Part shown: piece after piece, positions 19,006-27,648 of the stretch | Numbering within the stretch: position 1 is the first letter of the stretch | Layout of the letters: the number at the start of each line of letters is the position of its first letter | Sequence record: OK272476.1 | DNA: 64,000 bases | Origin: Escherichia phage JLBYU24 | Strand: one strand, 5' to 3' | The notes under the pieces: generated by a model | The model's database searches: none | Told to the model about the DNA's origin: nothing | The model's input: only the letters and a program-made list of their open reading frames with translations | Made by a program: the position numbers and the translations under genes

Positions 19006-19094
19006 TTACCAGTTTAATTCTAGTCATCTTTTTAATGGCAGTCCATATAATCTATTTCTGAACTGCCTTTTTGTCATAGAAGGCCTCTTATGAA

Positions 19095-20063
19095 TTATTT
19101 CAGAAGAGTAACCTCAGCAATTTCTTCCCAACCATTTTTGTCGGTCATAATAAAGTCAGCAAGATAAAGAGCAGTACGCAGTGAAACATTGCGTAAACGA
19201 TTAACATTGACTTTCATCCATGATAATGCTTTATAAGTTTCTTCATCAGAAAGACCACGCTTTTGCATCATGTCGGTTGAAAGAATAACATCTTCAACCC
19301 TGACCATAATTTCTTCATTAGTGTGAACACCCAAATCTAAATAAACCGAGCGGGAAACTAATGCTTGCAAATGTGGAGCAAGTTTAGTACCACGGTCTAA
19401 TTCGCGGTCAATGTCAACGTTTGTGATAAAAACAATCGTTCCTTTAAATTCAAACTCACGCTCAATGCCTTTTTCTTCTAAGTAAGAAGATGCAGTGCTC
19501 CAGCAGACTTTACGGGTCTCTCCAGTGTCCAGAGCAGCTTTCAAAAGATTAAGAATGTCCATATCAGAGAAAACATCCACATCATCAATCAAAAGGACAG
19601 AATTCTCTTCACGATTATTCCAGAGCTGTTCATAAAGACCGATACCAGAGATTTTACCGTTAATGCTTTTATATTCAATGTATCCAATATCATTTGCTTT
19701 ATTTAAAGCTTTATCTAAAGAATACGTTTTACCAATGCCTGCCGCACCAGAGATAATTAATGAACGAATGTTTCCGTTAATAATACCATTCGTCATCATT
19801 CCCATAACATTAAATCTTTTATTAATGCGGGTTTTCATATCTTCATATGATTCTTTAACTTCTTCAACTTTTACACCATCATATGAAATGTCTGATTTGT
19901 AAACCCAAACACCGCGACGCTTACCGTCAATTTCAACAAAAACTTTACCATCTCCTTGTGCATCTACCGGAGCATTATCTGGGAACCATTCGCCTAAGAG
20001 CTCAAAAGTTCCAGAGATTTCTTTACCGAAGTAGATACCCTTATTGATAGTTACAGTTTTCAT
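19095..20063 (-). CDS. P-loop ATPase (AAA-like)
   Basis: 322 aa, Walker A SGAAGIGKT, Walker B VLLIDDVD, ~100-aa N-terminal domain. Confidence 0.75.
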   Translation of the reverse strand: MKTVTINKGIYFGKEISGTFELLGEWFPDNAPVDAQGDGKVFVEIDGKRRGVWVYKSDISYDGVKVEEVKESYEDMKTRINKRFNVMGMMTNGIINGNIRSLIISGAAGIGKTYSLDKALNKANDIGYIEYKSINGKISGIGLYEQLWNNREENSVLLIDDVDVFSDMDILNLLKAALDTGETRKVCWSTASSYLEEKGIEREFEFKGTIVFITNVDIDRELDRGTKLAPHLQALVSRSVYLDLGVHTNEEIMVRVEDVILSTDMMQKRGLSDEETYKALSWMKVNVNRLRNVSLRTALYLADFIMTDKNGWEEIAEVTLLK

Positions 20064-20120
20064 TTTATTCTCCTTTGATTTGATAGGACTACTATAACAT
20101 AGTCCTATCAGTTTGTATAC

Positions 20121-20321
20121 TTATTTTGACATTTCTTCGATGGCACGACGATACCCGTCACGAACTTCACGAAGAGCTTCAAGGCCACACATAGGCTCGA
20201 TACCAGTAATGTGAACTTGATTAATCTGATACTCTACATCTTCTAACTGAGCGAAAACATAACGACGTTCAGCTGCACACCCAGATTTAGCTTTACCGAA
20301 ACGTTTATTCAAAGTAGTCAT
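20121..20321 (-). CDS. Hypothetical small protein
   Basis: ORF track, directly downstream of an early promoter. Confidence 0.55.
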   Translation of the reverse strand: MTTLNKRFGKAKSGCAAERRYVFAQLEDVEYQINQVHITGIEPMCGLEALREVRDGYRRAIEEMSK

Positions 20322-20359
20322 TTTGTATCTCCAATTTACTCATTTGTTTTGATAGTTGT

Positions 20360-20389
20360 ATAGTACCATAAAGCTTTATGCTTGTAAAC
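20360..20389 (-). promoter_or_regulatory. T4-type early promoter
   Basis: GTTTAC (20384-20389), 18-nt spacer, TACTAT (20360-20365). Confidence 0.55.
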
Positions 20390-20413
20390 AGTTTTGTGAA
20401 AAATTTTTGAAAT

Positions 20414-20437
20414 AAAAAAGGGAGCCCGAAGGCTCCC
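20414..20437 (-). terminator. Rho-independent-type terminator
   Basis: Minus RNA GGGAGCC-UUCG-GGCUCCC followed by UUUUUUAUU, immediately after the stop of ORF 20440..21453. Confidence 0.6.
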
Positions 20438-20439
20438 TA

Positions 20440-21453
20440 TCATTTATAATAACTTCGGTGGTTTTCAAGATAGACCTTCTCAAGGAAGTCATCCCAGAAA
20501 CTCATGTCTACTGTTTTAGGCATACCGTTCTTAGAAGCTTCAGTAGATGCTGCTTCTACTTGATCGACCACATCTTCCAAAAACTCTTGAACTGTTTTAA
20601 ATGGATGTTTACCCAACTTCACGTCGAGAATAAATGGAGCATCTTGAAGTGGATAGACTAAGTCACCAGTTTTGTAAATTTCCAATAGTTGGAGTCCACC
20701 ACGACAAGCATGACTTAGTGCTTTCCAATCAATGCCTTCATTGGCTTCGGCCTTACGAGCACGTTCACCGTATTCAGCATCTAATTTGTTCAGTGACTGC
20801 TTAAGCTCAATAAGAGAAAGCGTTGTCTGATATTTACGACCCAACACGGTGTAGAACGTTTGTGGGCCTGTTTTCTCATGATTATGGAACACCCATTCAC
20901 AGAATTCGTTTTCTGGAAGACGATGCTTAATATCTTCAACTTTAGTGCGACGCTGCTTAATAGAACCATCTTCTTGGTAATCAATCCACTGCTCAGGGAT
21001 TTGATTAACTACTTTCAATACATCACGTAATGCAGCCAAACGAGAACCTTTAACACCGTATTTAGAAGCTTGCTTGCGGACATATCCTAAATATGATTTC
21101 ATGTTAGTCGTATAAAAACGAGAACGGTTGTCTTGAATAAACTTCCACACATCAGGCAAATCAGATTTAACTACTAGTTCAGGTGGAGTGTGGAGCATAT
21201 CCAATGCTACAGTTTCACCATCTGCTGCTAATTTAAAGAAATATTTAAGACTGTATAGTTCATGGTCAATATCATCTTTAGTGTTTTTAGATGATGTGTT
21301 GTTAGTGTTTTTGCTCATATGCTCTTTAACGTTTCCGATAAGAATATCACGAGCAGGAGGAACAAAGATTTCTTTAAAATCTACATCAGATTCTGGGGTA
21401 GAAGTTCCATAAAGATGACTACCAAAATAGCTTTTCATTACTGTTTTCATCAT
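20440..21453 (-). CDS. Predicted Pol-beta-superfamily nucleotidyltransferase
   Basis: 337 aa; N-terminal G-S-x9-D-x-D motif (YFGSHLYGTSTPESDVDF); start overlaps upstream membrane-protein stop (ATGA). Confidence 0.7.
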   Translation of the reverse strand: MMKTVMKSYFGSHLYGTSTPESDVDFKEIFVPPARDILIGNVKEHMSKNTNNTSSKNTKDDIDHELYSLKYFFKLAADGETVALDMLHTPPELVVKSDLPDVWKFIQDNRSRFYTTNMKSYLGYVRKQASKYGVKGSRLAALRDVLKVVNQIPEQWIDYQEDGSIKQRRTKVEDIKHRLPENEFCEWVFHNHEKTGPQTFYTVLGRKYQTTLSLIELKQSLNKLDAEYGERARKAEANEGIDWKALSHACRGGLQLLEIYKTGDLVYPLQDAPFILDVKLGKHPFKTVQEFLEDVVDQVEAASTEASKNGMPKTVDMSFWDDFLEKVYLENHRSYYK

Positions 21454-21923
21454 TCAGCCTTATATTCAATAACAGGACATACTTTAGCTTTACGAGCTTT
21501 TAAAAATTCAACGATAATCGATTTCTTGGGTTGAATAGGCTCAAGTCCATTTTTGATTCGTTCTTCGTTTTGTATAATGAGTTCAATTTCTTTATTGAGC
21601 TTTCGGTCGTTATATTTGTCTAACAACCAGGAAGGACCAATTACCGCCGCGACTGCAATAAGAACCATTATTGATATTGTTAAAATACCTATACCAATTG
21701 AAGCCGGAACTAATGTCCATAGACTACTAAAGACAAAGAATTTAATTAAAATTTCTTGGCCAATGATTGCGGCACCTGCTAAAGTTGCAAATCCAACAAT
21801 TGAAACAGCTAATACCGGGAGAAACGTTTTCCAAAAATAAGCACATAACGTTTTTGGACGATTCCATGTGCTGTTAAATGCCGAGTAAATTTTAAAGTGC
21901 CAAGAGTTTTCATTAATAATCAT
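21450..21923 (-). CDS. Membrane protein (about three predicted TM helices)
   Basis: 157 aa, hydrophobic spans FLPVLAVSIVGFATLAGAAIIG and LVPASIGIGILTISIMVLIAVAAVIG. Confidence 0.65.
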   Translation of the reverse strand: MIINENSWHFKIYSAFNSTWNRPKTLCAYFWKTFLPVLAVSIVGFATLAGAAIIGQEILIKFFVFSSLWTLVPASIGIGILTISIMVLIAVAAVIGPSWLLDKYNDRKLNKEIELIIQNEERIKNGLEPIQPKKSIIVEFLKARKAKVCPVIEYKAE

Positions 21924-21925
21924 AA

Positions 21926-22447
21926 TTATCCTTTCATTGAAGGCGTAACGGTTGTTAAATACTTAATCATCGCTTCAGCTTCTGATTTTGATAATGAAAT
22001 TTCTTCATTGTTTTGACGAATAGAAATAAAATCCGGATGACGGTCACCACCAGCTTTTAAAACACATATATAAGTATCAGTTTCATCTTCAATATTTGAA
22101 ATGATTGAAGCAGTTCCACATGAATGCGGTTTTTGATAAATCAATACAGCTTTTCTTCCGCCATTTGACTGTTCATAAACTTTTAATACATCAAACAAAT
22201 CACTTCTTTTATCAATAGCTAAAATGTTATTTTCATCTTCAATGTTAAATCCTTCGGATACTTCATAAAGTGTTACCCATAAATCACCGATGTCAATAAC
22301 AGCATTTACTTTTCCACGGCTTTCAAGAGTATGACAAATTTTCTTGATTTCGTCATAACTCATTTTAATAATATCATCTCCTTGACTAAGAAAGATGTCA
22401 TTTTTAAATTCAACACGAATTAAACCGCTTTCACTTGAAATAAACAT
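21926..22447 (-). CDS. Hypothetical protein, tandem paralog 1
   Basis: 173 aa; shares FNIE-D/S-E, and C-terminal K-YL--V-P-M with ORF 22454..22999. Confidence 0.65.
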   Translation of the reverse strand: MFISSESGLIRVEFKNDIFLSQGDDIIKMSYDEIKKICHTLESRGKVNAVIDIGDLWVTLYEVSEGFNIEDENNILAIDKRSDLFDVLKVYEQSNGGRKAVLIYQKPHSCGTASIISNIEDETDTYICVLKAGGDRHPDFISIRQNNEEISLSKSEAEAMIKYLTTVTPSMKG

Positions 22448-22453
22448 ATTTCC

Positions 22454-22999
22454 TCACTTTGAAATCATAGTTGGAATAACAGAATCAAGATAAGTCTTTA
22501 GTGCAATAGCTTCGTCTTTGGTAAATGTGACAATATGCGATCGAAAATCATCAATTTGACGAATAGTTAAGACATCTCCATCTTCATAACATTTTGATAC
22601 GTTTAAAACAGTTTCATCATTCTGATTGCAAGCGTTAGTAATAATAGCATTGCAATTTTTAAACCATTTTAAACTATGTTTTCTTTCATTAGAATAATAA
22701 AAATATTTAATCTTAGTTATAAAATTATCCCAATTATTAATTGATAAGCATATTGACTCGCTTTCAATATTAAATCCTGGGCATAAAGAATAGAAATGAA
22801 TTTTATGCTCATCATTAATGCTTACAATTTTATCAGTATAAGAATTTTCAATTTGGGTTAAACGAACAATTTCGTTAGGCGTAAAATATAGCATATCGTC
22901 TTCTTGTGTCAAACGATACATATTATTTACTTTTTCTATAGCCAATTCACCAAAAAGTGAACTAACTTCTAATACTAATCGTTTCGCCTCACTCATCAT
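22454..22999 (-). CDS. Hypothetical protein, tandem paralog 2
   Basis: 181 aa; see paralog 1. Confidence 0.65.
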   Translation of the reverse strand: MMSEAKRLVLEVSSLFGELAIEKVNNMYRLTQEDDMLYFTPNEIVRLTQIENSYTDKIVSINDEHKIHFYSLCPGFNIESESICLSINNWDNFITKIKYFYYSNERKHSLKWFKNCNAIITNACNQNDETVLNVSKCYEDGDVLTIRQIDDFRSHIVTFTKDEAIALKTYLDSVIPTMISK

Positions 23000-23131
23000 T
23001 GTATACTCCTCTGAATCATATCAATAATGTTGTTCACCAGATTATAAGTAAACATTGGGTAATTATATTGAATCATCACATACACAACAAACAAAATTTT
23101 CATTCTCTTCTCCTTGACAGTTGACAAGATT

Positions 23132-23161
23132 ACTATACCATAACCTTGCCAACTTGTAAAC
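23132..23161 (-). promoter_or_regulatory. Putative T4-type early promoter
   Basis: GTTTAC (23156-23161), 18-nt spacer, TATAGT (23132-23137). Confidence 0.45.
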
Positions 23162-23326
23162 CATTAAATGACGTTTTCAATAAAATTCTGAAGCTTTGTG
23201 TGAGCATCAACCATGATTTTCATTTCTTCCTTTGCGAAAGCCGTACCTCTTTCCCGAGCAGAATACTCATAGTCAGAAACTGCATTAGCATATTCTTCAA
23301 TTAGCTTCATTAAAAACATCTGCTTT

Positions 23327-23521
23327 TCAGTTTTCATTATTCCACCTAATCATTTCAAGATATTGAACTAATTTAGCTTTAGATTTGTCCAAATCCTTTT
23401 TAGCTGCTTCTATACCATCATATGAATATCCTTCACAATGTTCAACTGCCAATTGGTATGAATCTATTTCAATATCACGTGCTAATTTAATGATTTTTTC
23501 AAACTGTTCACGTGTTAGCAT
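23327..23521 (-). CDS. Hypothetical protein
   Basis: ORF track. Confidence 0.55.
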   Translation of the reverse strand: MLTREQFEKIIKLARDIEIDSYQLAVEHCEGYSYDGIEAAKKDLDKSKAKLVQYLEMIRWNNEN

Positions 23522-23523
23522 AC

Positions 23524-23763
23524 TTAAACTCTCGTATTATGATCGATAATTTCATCAAGAAACATATCTAACGCTTCTAAAGCATTATCAACTTTAGCTT
23601 CAAGTTCATCAATACCTTTATTTGCAATGCCTGACGAAAACCAAGCAAAGTCACTAAGTTCCTCGTCTGCTTTACGAATTAAAGCTACTAATTCCTTAAT
23701 TTTATCTGCTTGTTCGATACTAATCATTATTCCACCACATATGAAAGAGAGAATATTGCACAC
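23524..23763 (-). CDS. Hypothetical protein
   Basis: ORF track. Confidence 0.55.
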
Positions 23764-23915
23764 GCCATGTGAGTTGCAACTTCATCACACATATTATAAC
23801 GTTTCTTAAGAAGTTCTACAAGTTCTTCACTAGTAACTTCATCCATGTCGACGAAAAAATCACCATTAATGATGACGTAGATATTTCCTTCTTGATTGAG
23901 TGCTTCAATTTTCAT
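23727..23915 (-). CDS. Hypothetical protein (62 aa)
   Basis: ORF 23727..23960 trimmed to Met at 23915 ([17 protein letters not shown]); upstream part overlies a promoter. Confidence 0.5.
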
Positions 23916-23943
23916 GATGTTCTCCTCTTTATCCGATGGTTGT

Positions 23944-23973
23944 ATAGTATCACAGCTCAAATGGAAAGTAAAC
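23944..23973 (-). promoter_or_regulatory. T4-type early promoter
   Basis: GTTTAC (23968-23973), 18-nt spacer, TACTAT (23944-23949). Confidence 0.5.
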
Positions 23974-23984
23974 CGGTAAAATGA

Positions 23985-24005
23985 AAAAAGTCTCCCGAAG
24001 GAGAC
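23985..24005 (-). terminator. Rho-independent-type terminator
   Basis: Minus RNA GUCUCC-UUCG-GGAGAC followed by UUUUUUC, just after ORF 24011..24397. Confidence 0.6.
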
Positions 24006-24010
24006 TAACG

Positions 24011-24397
24011 TTATTCGAGGGAAAGAAGATATTTACTCTGGTAAAACATTCCAGTAATATCATCTATCGTGCTTTGAATGGCTGGAGGCATTTCTTTATA
24101 AATGCTGTTAGATTGGTCTAGTATGCGATCAATCATTTTAATTGTGTCGGTAGGAAGTTTACTGGCATCTGGAATTGAAGGCGTGTATTTTCTACCAGAA
24201 TACCCCAAATATTGCTCACCAAATTTATCAATCAAATCTGGCAACTCGGAGAAAATAAAATCGTATGCTTTGTGTCTAGCATAACTTTTAGTTTCAAAAT
24301 GTGCAGAATGAAAATAAGCTTGTGCAGCCATTAATAAACCTAAGTATTCATCTGCCTTTGAAGGTTTTCCACTTTGTGAAAAGTCGCTGAATTTCAT
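24011..24397 (-). CDS. Hypothetical protein at T4 rI.-1 position
   Basis: 128 aa, overlaps rI start. Confidence 0.65.
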
Positions 24398-24687
24398 TCA
24401 GTCTCCAATTTAATGTTCATAATTCTAGCGTATGATTGTGCCATCTCCGCGCCTCGCTCTATACATTCAAAATCAGAAGAGCACGGGTCATTTTTATAGG
24501 TCGTTCTCATAAAACTATAGAATTGTTCAGACGATTCTACGCTTTTATTTTCAAAAAGCATATAAACGTGCCTAATACCAGATTCCATAAATTTATCAAA
24601 ATGAGGATCGACATTCGCTTCAATCGATGGAGATAAAACAAATGACAATCCTAGCATGGCAAAAAGTGCCGTTGCTTTTAAGGCCAT
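24394..24687 (-). CDS. rI: Lysis-inhibition regulator RI (membrane-anchored periplasmic protein)
   Basis: 97 aa, N-terminal signal-anchor LKATALFAMLGLSFVLSPSIEA, recalled identity to T4 RI. Confidence 0.8.
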   Translation of the reverse strand: MALKATALFAMLGLSFVLSPSIEANVDPHFDKFMESGIRHVYMLFENKSVESSEQFYSFMRTTYKNDPCSSDFECIERGAEMAQSYARIMNIKLETE

Positions 24688-24699
24688 AAAGGCCTCCTA

Positions 24700-24912
24700 T
24701 CATTTTTGTCCTGTATTTACTTTATGCCGATGCACGGCCTTAACTTTATCAAGGTATTTTTCAAAATTTCGCAATCTAGTATAGTCTGCCGGAGATTGGT
24801 TGAGTGATACTTCTCGACGCAAAGCTGAAATGATATTTCCAACTTCCCTACGAATTTCATCTAATTGAAGAACAGTAAGATTGCGAAGTTGCTTTTCAGT
24901 TAATTGTAGCAT
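24700..24912 (-). CDS. Hypothetical protein
   Basis: ORF track. Confidence 0.55.
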
Positions 24913-24955
24913 ATAATACCCCTTTAGTTAGATAAACCTATTTATAACTTTTGCA

Positions 24956-25537
24956 CTAACCGAGCTTTTTAGTTAATTCATTCCAATGTTTTCTGCACAA
25001 AGAAACATAAATTTCATCACCAATACAGATTTGATTACCTTCTTTAACTGGTGTTCCATCTTCCATTAATCGAGCTGTCATAATCGCTTTTTTGCCGCAA
25101 TGACAAACTGCCTTTAGTTCAATAAGTTTATCTGCAATCGCTAAAAGTTCTTTAGAACCTTCAAACAATTTTCCAGCGAAATCAGTCCTTAATCCATAAG
25201 CCATAACAGGAACATTATATGTATCAACAATTCGGCTTAATTGGTGCACCTGTTCAGTTTTTAAAAACTGAGCTTCATCTACAAATACGCAATGAATATC
25301 TTTTTGTGCTTCAGCCCATTTATAGAACTCGAAAATATCCATATCATCTGTAATAATATTCGCTTCCTGTTTAATTCCAATGCGAGAAACAACTTCACAG
25401 ACAGAATCGCGAGTATCAATAGCAGGCTTAAGAACTAATACACTCATTCCACGTTCTTTATAATTATGTGCAGCAGTCAAAAGAGAAGCAGATTTTCCAG
25501 CATTCATTGCTGCATAAGTAAAAATTAAACTCGCCAT
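24956..25537 (-). CDS. tk: Thymidine kinase
   Basis: 193 aa, P-loop YAAMNAGKS, C-terminal zinc cysteines CHCGKK...C..C. Confidence 0.93.
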   Translation of the reverse strand: MASLIFTYAAMNAGKSASLLTAAHNYKERGMSVLVLKPAIDTRDSVCEVVSRIGIKQEANIITDDMDIFEFYKWAEAQKDIHCVFVDEAQFLKTEQVHQLSRIVDTYNVPVMAYGLRTDFAGKLFEGSKELLAIADKLIELKAVCHCGKKAIMTARLMEDGTPVKEGNQICIGDEIYVSLCRKHWNELTKKLG

Positions 25538-25546
25538 ATCACCTTC

Positions 25547-25732
25547 TTAAAGCGTATTCACATAAGCTATTAATTCATTTTCTTTCTTATCAAACCGGTC
25601 AGCAAATTCTTCTTGTTGTTCGGGAGATAGCGGGCCGTATTCATCATAAAAGGTGTTTGCTTCTGTATGCTCATCTAGAAGTTCATGGATAAGCTCAAAC
25701 AATTTATCTTTTTGTTCTTTACTTAGACTCAT
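25547..25732 (-). CDS. Hypothetical acidic protein
   Basis: ORF track. Confidence 0.55.
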   Translation of the reverse strand: MSLSKEQKDKLFELIHELLDEHTEANTFYDEYGPLSPEQQEEFADRFDKKENELIAYVNTL

Positions 25733-25898
25733 ATATTAATTTCCAGGAGTTTTAAAATAATTCGCTTTTGCTTAAATATTTCCATAGTTAAATGACCAGT
25801 ATCTTTTTGACCGATTCCAATGGCAAAACCTTTATTAACAGCGAGTTCAATTAAATTATCAAGCTCACGTAACACTTCGTATTGTAACTCAAAACTAT

Positions 25899-26126
25899 TC
25901 ATTTTGGTTTACCTTCTTTAACGAAATCAGGATAAGGATAAAATCCTGAATAAAATCCTTCACCTTTATGATTGATGCATCCTTTATTAGAACAATAGCA
26001 CCAATAATCGAAATCACAAGCCATTTCATCGTTGCATAAAGCAAAAACAACAGGCCACTTACACTTTTCACAGTGGGCATTTTTAAGAATACTAGTTTGG
26101 CTCATAACCATGTAACCTTTAAGCAA
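25899..26126 (-). CDS. Cys-rich small protein (start possibly 26105)
   Basis: Multiple Cys pairs CEKC...C..C...C.C...C; ATGA coupling with upstream ORF if Met at 26105. Confidence 0.45.
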   Translation of the reverse strand: MLKGYMVMSQTSILKNAHCEKCKWPVVFALCNDEMACDFDYWCYCSNKGCINHKGEGFYSGFYPYPDFVKEGKPK

Positions 26127-26314
26127 TATTCTTCTACATGTTGTTTACGACCTTTCTTATCAATAAAGGTATATTCAACGAATGTTCCAATGTAGTCTTT
26201 ATCTACATCATGTGGACTATTAATTGGACATTTAGTACGGCAAATGCGTTCCCATTGACGAATAATTACTGCTTTGTTTTTAGGATCAAACGGATGCGGG
26301 TAATGTACTTTCAT
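26102..26314 (-). CDS. Hypothetical protein
   Basis: ORF track. Confidence 0.55.
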   Translation of the reverse strand: MKVHYPHPFDPKNKAVIIRQWERICRTKCPINSPHDVDKDYIGTFVEYTFIDKKGRKQHVEEYCLKVTWL

Positions 26315-26765
26315 AATCCACCACTATTAAATCAATATCAGGAGTAAACATGTCGATTAATTTAGAAACCTTATCCCAATCGCCGCCAGCAATACCACAA
26401 CCTATGCGTGGAATGTAAATTACCGGTTTAAACAAAAGGGTTTCTGCCTGTAGATTTAATTCTATCATGCAGTTTACTAAAGCACCATAATCAAGATTAG
26501 GACCTGGTTCGTATTGCGTATACAAGTTATAACATATGCCAAAACCATTAGGTTTATGTTTAAAAACAATAGACATATCGCCTAATTTATCACGAGAACC
26601 GTACTCAGTAGTGGTTTTATCTATTTCTAAAATTTTGGGATAGGCTCTTGCTAATTGACCAGCTACACCACTGCCCATTGTATGAAAACAGTTACACCCA
26701 TGCGCAATAATATTACCTTCAAGAAAGAGGGCGACAATATCGCCCTTGATATATTTTACAATCAT
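26286..26765 (-). CDS. Macro-domain protein (ADP-ribose binding/processing fold)
   Basis: 159 aa; HGCNCFHTMGSGVAGQL and IPRIGCGIAGGDW resemble macro-domain motifs. Confidence 0.65.
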   Translation of the reverse strand: MIVKYIKGDIVALFLEGNIIAHGCNCFHTMGSGVAGQLARAYPKILEIDKTTTEYGSRDKLGDMSIVFKHKPNGFGICYNLYTQYEPGPNLDYGALVNCMIELNLQAETLLFKPVIYIPRIGCGIAGGDWDKVSKLIDMFTPDIDLIVVDYESTLPASV

Positions 26766-27103
26766 CTAGTACTCAATCCTCGATTATAAGAATCTACCAA
26801 ACGGTCAACCATTGAATGACAAGCGGCTTTATCTTTTTCCTCCGCAACTGAACATTCTAAGGTATTCCACTTTTTAGCATATCGTTTTAACAATGTATCG
26901 TTTTTGTATCTGCTTGATTTATCTCTTTCTCCGTCTTTATATGCATATATTAATTTCTGCGCAAATTCAGCTTGGCATGCTTTATTTTTCCCGCAATAAT
27001 CCGCTGCAGTACGGTTTACATACTCTCTAATTTCAGTATATGATGTATCTGCTAACGCAGAAAATGAAATTAATCCTATACATAAAACCAAAATTTTAGT
27101 CAT
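26762..27103 (-). CDS. Secreted/periplasmic protein
   Basis: N-terminal signal peptide MTKILVLCIGLISFSALA, 4 Cys in mature part. Confidence 0.6.
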   Translation of the reverse strand: MTKILVLCIGLISFSALADTSYTEIREYVNRTAADYCGKNKACQAEFAQKLIYAYKDGERDKSSRYKNDTLLKRYAKKWNTLECSVAEEKDKAACHSMVDRLVDSYNRGLSTR

Positions 27104-27641
27104 TTACTATTTCCAAAAGTTTATTATTTTTAAGGTAATTAGCCTTTTCTAGGACTTCAGAAGCATATTTAGAACCTGCTTTAACATTCCATCCCGAATT
27201 ATAAGAGGATATTGCTTTTCTTATATCGCCCTTATGTATATTTAACCAATAAGAAAGTTCAATGTACGCCCAGGAAGCTGAATTGGACCGTTTATTCAAC
27301 ATTCTTTTTATTTCAGCATCGGTCATATTATAACCAAGTTCCTTAACTCTTGCTCGCATAGTAGGCAAATAATTTTGGAACATTCCATAAGCGTGATGCT
27401 TTGGTTTAGATTTTAAATTAACTCCGCCAGAGCTTTCTTGCCATAAAATAGCAGCCATTATATGACCTAATCCGCTCTTGTGGATATTTTTGTGTGTTTT
27501 ATATTTTCCATCCTTAGAAAACTGTTCCCCGAATTGATACGCGTAACGCATGTTATCGAGTTGGACATTACTGAAAGTATGCTCGGAGCTATGTGCCATC
27601 ATTGAAATGGCCAATAGACCAGCGAGTAGTGCTTTTCTCAT
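27096..27641 (-). CDS. Secreted lytic-transglycosylase-like (SLT domain) protein
   Basis: Signal peptide MRKALLAGLLAISMMAHS; AAILWQESSGG and MFQ motifs typical of SLT catalytic region. Confidence 0.65.
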   Translation of the reverse strand: MRKALLAGLLAISMMAHSSEHTFSNVQLDNMRYAYQFGEQFSKDGKYKTHKNIHKSGLGHIMAAILWQESSGGVNLKSKPKHHAYGMFQNYLPTMRARVKELGYNMTDAEIKRMLNKRSNSASWAYIELSYWLNIHKGDIRKAISSYNSGWNVKAGSKYASEVLEKANYLKNNKLLEIVND

Positions 27642-27648
27642 GCTTACC

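Noticed and set aside
25895-26080. Alternative frame to the Cys-rich ORF
   Set aside because: Mutually exclusive with 25899..26126; kept only as an ambiguity noted in findings.
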